NCBI GenBank assembly: GCA_964187785.1
Contig: OZ076409.1
Location: forward strand, 86,368,001-86,428,000
DNA from: Amphiscolops sp. MND2022
Lineage: Eukaryota
Direction of reading: 5' to 3'
DNA length: 60,000 bases
In this document: in pieces, positions 1-8,810 of the stretch
How the letters are laid out: every line of letters begins with the position of its first letter
Numbering within the stretch: position 1 is the first letter of the stretch
Program-made: the position numbers and the translations under genes
Notes under the pieces: model-generated
Seen by the model: the letters and a program-made list of their open reading frames with translations, nothing else
Database searches by the model: none
What the model was told of the DNA's origin: nothing

Positions 1-2174
1 TGAACCACTCTTGAGCAATTTTTCATATTCAGTATAATCACTCTCCAGGGGGTTTGAATTTCGCAACTTGTTGAAAAATGACTCATATGGAGGTAATTGT
101 GTGTCATTTAGCTTTTCAGGGCAGTCGAACCATTCATATGGAAAGTAACCTTTCGTTTCTGACGTCTTGTAAGCTTTGAGGAACGAATCAAGGCTGGTTG
201 CTCCACCCAAGAAATTTAAAATATCCAGCAACTGAACATCTCCAAATTTAAAAGAGACAAATTGATTCGCTTTTTTAATTACTGTTGGCTCCAGCTCTCT
301 CTCGTTAACCAATAAGGGTAACAAATAACGCTTGATAAGGTTAATGTCGTATTTGGAACTATTGAAGCCAAAGACTGGTAACACGTTGCAATATCTTTCC
401 AAGTGTTCCTGCAAGTCAAGGAGTTGATTCTTTTGCATTTGCAAGAACTGAGTAGAAACGTCTTTTTCTTCAACCTCAAGACATTCGTCTTCAAATTCCA
501 ACACAGTTTCTCGTGGACCACGTCTTTCATTGAGTACAGCAAAAATTGCATTAAGACGGCTTTTGATGCTAGTCTCGATATCTAAAAACTGTAGTTTCAT
601 TTGAGCTTTGCTCTGTGCGGCTAAACTCTCCAGAGCAACAACAAATGATTCAACCAAATCTCGCGGGTTGGAATTGCAGAGAAATATTGGTGTTTCAATC
701 AAGTTGGACGATATAGATACAGATATTGGCACATGCTTCCCAATCCACTGTGTTGTCTCGGTGTCCTTGAATTGTTCCTCTCTCACACAAATTGATTCAA
801 AGTCAAAGACGGCCAAGTTTTTGAACAATTGCTGTTCTTTTGTGTAAGGTATGGAAAAGAAGTCCACTTTATCAAACAACGTTTCCCTCAACTGATAAAC
901 ATTTCTGGGATAAACGTGTTTGATGCGATCCTTGCAAATAACCAAATGTCGCTCCAAGTTTCCAGTTTTGTTGAAAAACTGGTTACAAGTTGAACAACGA
1001 TAAGCTTTAAATAATGCATTGATATTGGAGACGTAACAAATGTGGTTATTGTAACGCAATAATCTGGTTGTGTTGCAATACTTCTGAACACTCCTCCGTG
1101 CGAGTTCACCGACAATTGATCCATCCACAATATCGATATCGTAAAGAAAGATATTGACTTGAATCAGGTCTTCAACAAGAGGAAGATCGTCCACGCAGAC
1201 TCCTTGGAAAGTTGCTGGTTCTTTCCCTCCTCTCTTTTCCAAGTAAAGATTGAACAGTTTACAAGTCTCTTCTTCCAACTTTTCATTTCCGTGGAGATGA
1301 AGCGCTAATGCTCTGAATAAACACAAGTTGTCGTTACAGGGTTGTCTAGTGTTCTGCTCGAATGTCAAACAGTTCACACTATGGTTTTTTAGTAGTGGGT
1401 CAGGAAGTACAGCATCTCTGCAACCCATGGGAATGTCTTTGAACAAAGCAGCACAGTTAGATTGGTGAGCTTGTAAAATTTCCATTTTGTATTCATCCTT
1501 TCTCGGGTACACGATTCAATTACGTCAGTTTGATTAACAGTGTTTTTCAATTTTGTCAAGTCGTCTTTGGTGCACACAAGTTGTGACCGATCCAGCAGAG
1601 TATTGTTTTCGTGTGCGTAAAAGTATCGATAACGTCCATCTTCCAAATTTTTAAAAATGAATCCAAATGCGAGATTAACTTTTGCGGCACATTTCAAGTT
1701 GTTAAAAAAATTATCAAGCTTATCATTGACAATTTCCGTGTTCAGTGTCTCCACAGCGTAATTAAACACTTTATGTCGCCCACGTTCAAATTCAGAGTCC
1801 ACGAGAAAGTGTTCACATGCAAGTAGCTCTTCTTTGAGACTGTCATCATCGATATCATTCACAAGGGGAGACGAATCGGCCTTTTTCACATTAAGACCGT
1901 GCATTTTACTTTTGTGTTGACGTAGTGCATAAAAGCCAGCGAATTTCTCTCTGCAAATCATACAAATGTGAGCAACTGCAGGTTTGGGAGCTCCATGCTT
2001 CTTTGCAATGTGATAATTCAAGTCATTTTGGTACTTGGTTGAGTAATTGGGACATTGAGAGCAAAATAATGTCCCAGCGGAACACCTCTTTTTATGTCTT
2101 GTCAAGTTGTTCTTCGATACTTGAGTTCCACAATTGTCGCAGGCAAGTTTTTCATTTCGATCGAGAGCAGGCAT
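1..2174 (-). pseudogene. Protein-primed DNA polymerase B (pPolB), N-terminal part with C2H2 zinc fingers, frameshifted; continues left of the window
   Basis: ATG at 2174 (MPALDRNEKLACDNCG). Three C2H2-like fingers (CDNC..H, CSQC..HIAKKH, CMIC..HKSKMH). Downstream in other frames: LAVFDFES (~800, ExoI), PVFGFNSSKYDIN (~360, ExoII), KGYFPYEWFD (~140). Reading frame broken near 1450 and again further on. Confidence 0.9.
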
Positions 2175-2289
2175 CTTGAGCAGAAAATGTAACGAGTCGC
2201 TATCTGAAAGCAAGCAAGTAGAATTGTAACAGAAAATTGTAAGTATCTGAAAGCAAGCAAGTAGATTTGTAACAGAAAATTGTAGCAAG

Positions 2290-2800
2290 TTTTACTTTGA
2301 GAGCAAGCAACTAAATTGCAGAAAAGTGAAATGAATAATGAAATGAAAATGGTTGAAAACTCTGTTTATGTAATTGCTCATCCATATACGGAAGGCGTGA
2401 GTCATTGAACCATAAAAAGAATAGTTACCCTACCATAAAAGGAAAAAGTAATTACGCACTAGCGTCAGCGTTCCCTCTCAAGTACGTGTCAATCACTTTT
2501 AATCTCCCTGAAAGTTAATTGCTCAAGTGGAACAAGTTTCCCTCAAGGGACGCCACTGTGTCTGAGAAAATCACTCAAGTGGAACAAATTCTCTCAAAAA
2601 GACGCCGATACGTCTGGCAAAACCTCTCAATTGGAGTAATTATCCAACCATAAAAGATTAGTATCGTGGGTAGGTGACAGCTGCATCTTGCATTCCTTTA
2701 TTTACTTTCCATAAATGGAAATAAACCACACTGTTAGCGTAGTGGTTAAAAGCAAAGTCACGTGCTGTTTATCGCATTGTCATAATATTGCGGCGACGTA
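2290..2800. promoter_or_regulatory. Divergent promoter region between pPolB and the rightward accessory genes
   Basis: Non-coding. Perfect CArG boxes CCATAAAAGG 2433-2442 and CCATAAATGG 2709-2718, near-CArG at 2382, 2410 and 2648, AP-1 TGAGTCA 2398-2404, E-box GTCACGTG 2757-2764, repeated CTCAAGTGGAACAA (2522, 2574). Confidence 0.6.
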
Positions 2801-2870
2801 GGCCTTGCTTGTATCCACTACACTAAATTTCATTATTCATTTTAATTTAAACTTTCTTTTAGAGCAGTTC

Positions 2871-3496
2871 ATGTCTGTTAAACAACAACTTCCATCTCTA
2901 TCTTTGCTGTATTCAATTTACGAAGACGTTCCAGAACAAACTTTGGACGAAGCTGACGTTGACTCGTACTTTTATCGCAACATACTGGACATTACAAAGA
3001 CGGACAATCGTCTGGTGCGAGTCAGCAAGGGGTCCAATAAAAATTTATTTGCAATCAAAGTCTTTAAATTTTGCGACTTGAAAGCTCAACAACGCTTTTT
3101 CCTTGACGAGGAAATTTCCATCACGAAAAAAGAGCTCGCTGCGACCCTCAACAGACTGCGTCACTTTTTAAAACAGTACGACCACGCACGAAAGGCAACT
3201 CTTTATCCCCTACCGAAACCATTACAAGAGATTGGCTTTACGCTGTGGAAGGACGAACTCTTCTCACACTATTATCTAGATATAAAAGAGCATACTGATC
3301 GTCATTTGCGTTTGTCTTTCCGCTTTGAAAAGACAAGAATTGTTGTTTTTCATTGAAAAAGTTTCTATATAGGGGAAATCAGTTTGTATTGACAGAAATT
3401 GTCAACCTCAGTCACAACGAACTGTACGAACTGTATAAGGACCGCTACTTTATATCGAGCAAGAGCGGAATCATTGAAAGCAACTACGACGTCTAA
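2871..3496 (+). pseudogene. Polinton accessory protein with two PC4-like repeats, one frameshift near 3340
   Basis: ORF from MSVKQQ. The +frame continuation FSLKKFLYRGNQFVLTEIVNLSHNELYELY...NYDV* completes a second repeat. PC4-like assignment is by pattern only (beta strands then I-S/N-L-x-x-x-E-L helix). Confidence 0.45.
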
Positions 3497-3861
3497 TGGA
3501 GCTCAACGCAGTTATAAATACAATCGGGGACGTTTACTGCCCTGAATGTGAGCTACAAAAATGCATATTCGAACATTACTGCAAGGAGGATTCTGAAGAA
3601 CATTATCATTACAGTTGTCCAAAGTGTGACGCTGATTGTCTTGTGCAGGGTATTCCTTTTAAGGATCAAACGCAGCAGGCAAGCTTAAAAGATGCCGGTA
3701 TACATTCATTCAGAGCCAAGACGACAAGGGATTACGAGCGAGAACAAAAAGAACGAGTCGAAAACGACAAAGGAATGGAATTCCTACGACAATTCTTTAG
3801 AAAAAAACCAACCAATCAACGCTCAGAAGAACAACCAGCGAAAAAGATCAAGTCCATGTAG
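3496..3861 (+). CDS. Small Zn-ribbon protein (CPEC...CPKC) with basic C-terminal NLS-like tail
   Basis: 121-aa ORF, start overlaps the upstream stop (TAATG). Two CxxC pairs and a PAKKIK tail. Confidence 0.6.
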   Translation: MELNAVINTIGDVYCPECELQKCIFEHYCKEDSEEHYHYSCPKCDADCLVQGIPFKDQTQQASLKDAGIHSFRAKTTRDYEREQKERVENDKGMEFLRQFFRKKPTNQRSEEQPAKKIKSM

Positions 3862-3970
3862 GGAAATGGACGTGTCAAGTTCCTATTGGCTGTTCAATAT
3901 CCTTACAAAGTCATTTTTCAAGCAACTAGAATTCATTTCATTCCAAACCTAACTACAATCAAGACGCTCT

Positions 3971-4003
<33 letters not shown>
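3971..4003 (+). repeat. (CAA)n microsatellite
   Basis: About 11 CAA units directly before the ATG at 4004. Confidence 0.95.
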
Positions 4004-4006
<3 letters not shown>

Positions 4007-4582
4007 TTCTTCTCAGTCTCCAACAACGGAACCCAGTGGACTCTGGACTTTTCACCGGACTCTGTCACAATCATAGTGAAAGATATGGTCCAAGACTTGA
4101 CAATTTCCTCCTTGGAACTTCCAATCGCAGCCTTCAACTCTTTGATAAATCAAAGACAACAGTTCCTGGACAACCATTTAGCTCGCGTCCCCATAACTCC
4201 CAATCAGCAAGGCACGTGGGAGATGCAAGACGAGGTTCGGGCCAGCGTTGGTGACCACGATGTAAGCAGCGATTTCGTTCCCAGTGACTTGGATGATATT
4301 CAGTTCCATTGGGAAAATCCGAACATAGACATGGATGCTGTGTATCGACCAGGCATTGATACTCCCTTCTCTCCGTCACTGTTTGAAAACATTCCTGTTG
4401 CTGGAAGCGCAGACTACCCCATAGAGATTGACGATGAACAAGATAAAGAGAACGAATACCCCACAACATCCGAGTCGCAGAGACCCCTGCAACCACCACC
4501 GCTGCATAGATCCCTGAGCCGTCCATTTGGGACACGACTGGAAAATATACCAAACTCTGTGTATCGTAGTTTGTTTGAATAA
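4004..4582 (+). CDS. Polinton accessory protein: PC4-like N-terminus, acidic Pro-rich disordered C-terminus
   Basis: 192-aa ORF with an acidic/proline-rich second half containing PIEIDDE (SIM-like). Function inferred only. Confidence 0.6.
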
Positions 4583-4648
4583 TTGTATTTATTGTGTGTA
4601 TTAAATTGAATTTTTATGATTCACAATTTCTTTTTCAAATCAGTCGTT

Positions 4649-4897
4649 ATGAGTGAGACTCTAGCAAAAGTATTAGTAGGAGCGTTTTTTATTGTCATAA
4701 CTACTGGCTTGTTTATATATCAAGTAAGGACTACAGAAAAAGTGGGACGAAATTCCGACCCCTGCATTGAAGAGTACAAAGACTATTGTATGAACGAAGG
4801 AGAATGTTTTAGTCATGTGGAAGAAAACATTATAGGTTGCCTTTGTCCACCACTTTACGGGGGGAAACGCTGTGATAAGTTCTTGTGGTGGTATTAG
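4649..4897 (+). CDS. EGF-like growth factor (EGFR/ErbB-ligand type) with N-terminal hydrophobic anchor or signal
   Basis: MSETLAKVLVGAFFIVITTGLFIY (hydrophobic) followed by C-X7-C-X5-C-X10-C-X-C-X8-C, with YCMNEGECF and YGGKRC. Intronless. TCAGT Inr-like motif just upstream of the ATG. Confidence 0.88.
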   Translation: MSETLAKVLVGAFFIVITTGLFIYQVRTTEKVGRNSDPCIEEYKDYCMNEGECFSHVEENIIGCLCPPLYGGKRCDKFLWWY

Positions 4898-4924
4898 GAA
4901 TGTTAGTTAGTCTTGTGCAAAACA

Positions 4925-5325
4925 TTTCTCAATTAAAATCTGACACGTTGCAAAAAATTCAAGTTAAAATCAGACGCGTTGTAAAATTCTCCCAAAAAAA
5001 TACGACACGTTGTAAAATTTTTCCCAAAATAATACGACACGTTGTAAAAATTCTACTTTAAAATCAGACAAGAAGTAAAAATTTTTGCTTCAAAATCTGT
5101 CTTTTTAAAACTGTATCGCTAGTGCAAAATTTTTCGTTTTTACGGAGTAAAATGGGTAAAAACTTGTCTTTTTAAAAATAAAAACGCCTTCCAAATCAGT
5201 CTTTTTAATATTTTCATCTCGTGTAAAATGAAACACGTTGTAAAATTTTCCCAAAAAAATACGACACGTTGTAAAATTTTTCCAAAAAAATAAGACACGT
5301 TGTAAAATTTTACTTGTGAAAGTGT
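4925..5325 (+). repeat. Imperfect ~31-bp tandem repeats (core GACACGTTGTAAAATTTT) in two clusters
   Basis: Core visible at about 4942, 4973, 5004, 5035, 5233, 5263 and 5294. The ORF across this region looks spurious. Confidence 0.85.
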
Positions 5326-5346
5326 GCATTTTAATTTCAGTCAAAA

Positions 5347-5529
5347 ATGAGCAAATGTTCCGACGACTTTTGTGACTTAGTAAAGTGGACGATTTATACT
5401 ATTGGAGCATTCTTGTTGTTCCTACTAGCCGTTGCTGCAATTGCTGCTCTCATTGGCCTAATTATTGTCATGTTGAGACTTCCTATCGACCTCTACAAGT
5501 CTCATTTCGTTGAAGAAAACAGTGGTTAG
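5347..5529 (+). CDS. Small membrane protein (60 aa)
   Basis: Long hydrophobic stretch (IYTIGAFLLFLLAVAAIAALIGLIIVML). TCAGT motif upstream of the ATG, as for the EGF gene. Confidence 0.55.
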   Translation: MSKCSDDFCDLVKWTIYTIGAFLLFLLAVAAIAALIGLIIVMLRLPIDLYKSHFVEENSG

Positions 5530-5530
5530 T

Positions 5531-5764
5531 TTACAAAGATTTAATTTTAAAAGATACTAAATTACTATCATAATTACCGTAACCATCTAAAAAACAATCT
5601 ACAATTTTTATTAGTTCTACTTCAAATTTTGTCTTTTTAACTTGTTCAATCCTGTCTGCGAATACTGATCCACTCGTCTGTGTTGAAATTGTCTTTTGCA
5701 ACGAACTCAGTAAACGTCTCTTGTATTTTTTACGCAACAATCTCTTTTTTGCTATACTCAGCAT
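5531..5764 (-). CDS. Small basic hypothetical protein
   Basis: 77-aa ORF with a KKRLLRKKYKRR basic N-terminus, start coupled to the stop of the upstream minus-strand ORF. Confidence 0.45.
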   Translation of the reverse strand: MLSIAKKRLLRKKYKRRLLSSLQKTISTQTSGSVFADRIEQVKKTKFEVELIKIVDCFLDGYGNYDSNLVSFKIKSL

Positions 5765-6129
5765 TCTTTCAACCGTCTTGTGGCGTTGATTGAATCGTAC
5801 AGCTCGTTCATATTGTCAAACACTTGTCCATTTTTGGAAACAACCTTGCCATCGAAACGATACTTGAATAATGTATAAAGACAGTCGACCAATTGATATG
5901 TAAAACAAAAAGTGTCCAATTTTTGCATCAAGTCATTCTTATCCTTCTCTGCAATGAGCAAAATGTGATATTTACAATTGGGAACAGTACACATGGAATC
6001 TTCGTGTTGTGCAACACAATAGTCTTTGCTGACAAGATACTTTTCATATGTGTTTGCACAAATGTGTACAATCTTTGTAGAGTATACAGAGTAAAAACTT
6101 GGAACAACTTGCATCATTACAGCTGCCAT
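5758..6129 (-). CDS. Hypothetical Cys/His-containing Polinton protein (likely start MAAVMM at 6129)
   Basis: Part of ORF 5758-6282. The extra 5' portion overlaps the CArG cluster and is probably promoter rather than coding. Confidence 0.5.
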   Translation of the reverse strand: MAAVMMQVVPSFYSVYSTKIVHICANTYEKYLVSKDYCVAQHEDSMCTVPNCKYHILLIAEKDKNDLMQKLDTFCFTYQLVDCLYTLFKYRFDGKVVSKNGQVFDNMNELYDSINATRRLKEC

Positions 6130-6182
6130 CTGAACGTTGTGTTTTTGTTGAACAAAATGAATCTGAAAAGATGGAATTGTTA

Positions 6183-6372
6183 CCTTAAAAGGAAAAGTCA
6201 CGTGATTTCCATAAAAGGAAATGCAATCATTACCTAAAAAGGAAGGATGACATACAAATTTTGAATGACAGCGCACAAACATTACCTTAAAAGGAAATTT
6301 CTTCCTTTTATGGAAAACGAGGCGTAAACATTTCCAAATATGGAATAGTCACGTGACCAAAGTAGTATAAAA
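6183..6372. promoter_or_regulatory. Divergent promoter: six perfect CArG boxes, two GTCACGTGA E-boxes and a TATA box
   Basis: CC(A/T)6GG at 6183, 6209, 6233, 6285, 6304 and 6334. GTCACGTGA at 6197, GTCACGTGAC at 6348-6357, TATAAAA at 6366-6372. Located between divergent ORFs. Confidence 0.8.
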
Positions 6373-6518
6373 GCAAGTACATTTTCATTTCCAATCATAA
6401 TTTCATTCTGAATCGCTAAACAAAGTCGCCTGTTCCAGAACCCAACGACAACCTCGACGATTACTACGATCAACCCCTTCTCACCCAGAACTTACTCTTG
6501 ACAATAACCAGCCGCGAA

Positions 6519-7097
6519 ATGGAATCTGCAATGAATGCAACTTTGGACAAATCACTTTGCACCGACTTTGTGGACTTTGGCAAGCACCAAGACCGATTTG
6601 GACGATTTTCGTGGTCCAAAAATGAAAAGAATTACTTGGAGGTGCAATTTAAAGTCTTTAAAAAAGACATTGCCAACGAATTCAAGCGATATCAATGTGT
6701 TTCGCTGGGACAATACGACTTTAAGCAGTTCTTGAGGTTGCGGAATCAGTTGATTGTTGCTGCCGACAACTTTACAAAGGAGGAAAATTTGCCCTACATC
6801 AATGTTGTTGGGCTGTCAAGAGACATCGACGAACAACTAAAGCACGTTCACAAAGTGATTGAGATTGCAGAGGGGACCAAGCGCAAAGTGTGCGTTACAT
6901 TGCTGCGCTGCAAAGAGGACAATCCCGAAACATCCTACGCGCAGATACGACTCTTTACACGCAGGACGGAGGAAGAAAATTTTCAACAACTTGTCTATGT
7001 GAACTATAAAATTGATGAACTTATATATTTACTAAATGTAATGAATTCTGTTTGTGATCAAGTACTTGATAACAAACCACTTTGTAATATCGTTTGA
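6519..7097 (+). CDS. Tandem PC4-like (putative ssDNA-binding) domain protein
   Basis: First ORF after the TATA box. Two repeats (YLEVQFKVFKK..VSLGQYDFKQF and YAQIRLFTRR..VNYKIDELIYL) resembling the PC4 fold. Assignment by pattern. Confidence 0.6.
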   Translation: MESAMNATLDKSLCTDFVDFGKHQDRFGRFSWSKNEKNYLEVQFKVFKKDIANEFKRYQCVSLGQYDFKQFLRLRNQLIVAADNFTKEENLPYINVVGLSRDIDEQLKHVHKVIEIAEGTKRKVCVTLLRCKEDNPETSYAQIRLFTRRTEEENFQQLVYVNYKIDELIYLLNVMNSVCDQVLDNKPLCNIV

Positions 7098-7152
7098 ATA
7101 AATTGCAAATTCTTTTCCATACAACTTTCATTTTTCATTCAACCTAGTAAGA

Positions 7153-7566
7153 ATGAGTTGGAACATTGGGGAAAATAGAAACTTGTTTCTCAGAATAAAA
7201 ACAAAATTGGGACTTTATCATGTTGTCCTTACAACACCGAAATCATCTCCCACAAAAATTACTCTAACAATAGCCGAATTGCAACAATTACCAGAGCTCG
7301 AACAATGCGAGGACGAAATTTCTTGCCTTAAATGGACAATTTACAATGGTAGACGTAAAATTTGCGTAGGATTTCAAACTGATACAGACAAAGTAGACAT
7401 TGTAGTGTATCGTTATCGCAATAATACGTACCTCAAGGATACTGAAATTGAATTAAAGCTGACAGAGTACAAGACACTACTTGCTAAACGATTGTATCTT
7501 TTAAGCTACTTGGATACATTCTATAAGCGATGCATCGTATTGGATGAATCCACAATTCATAATTGA
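7153..7566 (+). CDS. Hypothetical protein with PC4-like C-terminal half (intact copy)
   Basis: 137-aa ORF containing VDIVVYRYR...IELKLTEYKTL. Confidence 0.6.
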   Translation: MSWNIGENRNLFLRIKTKLGLYHVVLTTPKSSPTKITLTIAELQQLPELEQCEDEISCLKWTIYNGRRKICVGFQTDTDKVDIVVYRYRNNTYLKDTEIELKLTEYKTLLAKRLYLLSYLDTFYKRCIVLDESTIHN

Positions 7567-7987
7567 GTTGTTTCTTACCCGAATGGACGTACTGTTTCTA
7601 GTCAACGTATTTCGCTTTTACTCTGGATTGAAAATTCGCTTTACAAAGAATACTATACGTAAAAACTTGTTTCTTTGTGTATGTCATTGCTTGGACGAGA
7701 ACATTTCACTCCACGAAATGGACCAAGAATTTCCTTTTGGAGGATTGATTGGTTATGGAGACTCTCACTTGGACAACATTTTCCGTTTTTCCAAAGTGTT
7801 TAGACTACATGCAATACTACATGACGCTGCCGGCGCTGTTTATTTACACAACGGCAAAGGTCCAGGATACTGTTATATGATTGGACGAGGTCCAAACTCG
7901 TGTTTATTGGGTCACGTGACTGGACTTTTGTATTGTCTCTACTTGAAATTGTTTGTTCCCTCCATTTTCAATTTAGTAGACTTTTAG
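7544..7987 (+). CDS. Hypothetical protein with HD dyad, possibly phospholipase A2-like (copy 1)
   Basis: IGYGDSHLD...HAILHDAAG loosely resembles the viral PLA2 catalytic helix. Weak match. Confidence 0.4.
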   Translation: MNPQFIIELFLTRMDVLFLVNVFRFYSGLKIRFTKNTIRKNLFLCVCHCLDENISLHEMDQEFPFGGLIGYGDSHLDNIFRFSKVFRLHAILHDAAGAVYLHNGKGPGYCYMIGRGPNSCLLGHVTGLLYCLYLKLFVPSIFNLVDF

Positions 7988-7989
7988 TC

Positions 7990-8442
7990 ATGTCGCTTAT
8001 AGTGTTGGATATTGAACTTGCGGAAAAGAATGTAGTCAAGGAATTGGGTGTTTATATTGACGGACAAGTGTTTGGATATTCCTTTAAACCGCCCAAAAAT
8101 TATCAACCAACACACCAAACACTCTGGTGTACCCAAAACTTGCACAAAATTGATTGGAAAAGTGGCTCACTAGATTATAGCCGTATCAACACCATGTTGG
8201 CTGAATTGCGACAATACAGAGCCGAGTACTTTGCAAAAGGATTGGAAAAGTGTAAATTTTTGAGTACATTACTGGGTAAGGAAGTGGAAAACTTGGATGA
8301 CTATGGTTGCCCCAAGATTCAACATTTAAACACTGACTGGCTGTGCACTAGCTATCCCTACAGACACAAGACAATTCTACACTGTGCTGAGCGGAAAGCA
8401 AAAGCGTTTGGAGAATGGTCTGTGCAACATTTCATTTTGTAA
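7990..8442 (+). CDS. DEDD/DnaQ-like 3'-5' exonuclease-family protein (intact copy)
   Basis: MSLIVLDIE..VVKELG (ExoI-like), LHKIDW..G, AKGLEK, HCA motifs. Confidence 0.7.
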   Translation: MSLIVLDIELAEKNVVKELGVYIDGQVFGYSFKPPKNYQPTHQTLWCTQNLHKIDWKSGSLDYSRINTMLAELRQYRAEYFAKGLEKCKFLSTLLGKEVENLDDYGCPKIQHLNTDWLCTSYPYRHKTILHCAERKAKAFGEWSVQHFIL

Positions 8443-8555
8443 ATTTATTGTACGTCTTTGTATTACTCATTCATACTAATTTAATTTTTTTGTTCAACCA
8501 AAAATTTTTCTACAGGAGATTCATTCTTAAATATACACTCACGCTAGCAAGCTAG

Positions 8556-8810
8556 ATGACTGAGACCAACTTGAACTTGGAAAAAATTGTTTTTGACGGA
8601 AATAACAGTGAACGAAAATCGTGGACGTGCGTGGGACAAACTTGCTCTAGATCACTAATTGTGTTCTTGTCCCAGTTTTTCATCATTTTGCTGATAATTT
8701 TGGGGAGCTTTTGGAGAATTCATTTGGCAACAAGTTGTGAAGAATCTACAGTGTGGGTTGGAATTTTATGTAGCGCTGCAGGAGTCATTGTTCCAACACC
8801 GAGACTATGA
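8556..8810 (+). CDS. Two-transmembrane small protein preceding the packaging ATPase (copy 1)
   Basis: 84 aa with two hydrophobic helices. Stop overlaps the ATPase start (ATGA). Confidence 0.7.
   Translation: MTETNLNLEKIVFDGNNSERKSWTCVGQTCSRSLIVFLSQFFIILLIILGSFWRIHLATSCEESTVWVGILCSAAGVIVPTPRL

Noticed and set aside
3886..4254. ORF with a poly-Asn tract
   Set aside because: Produced by the (CAA)n microsatellite and overlaps the better ORF 4004-4582.
4925..5325. Regularly spaced repeats resembling a CRISPR array
   Set aside because: Units are contiguous and degenerate with no unique spacers, there are no cas genes, and the context is eukaryotic.
6130..6473. 5' extension of ORF 5758-6282 and ORF 6282-6473
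   Set aside because: They run through the CArG/TATA promoter and are probably incidental open frames.
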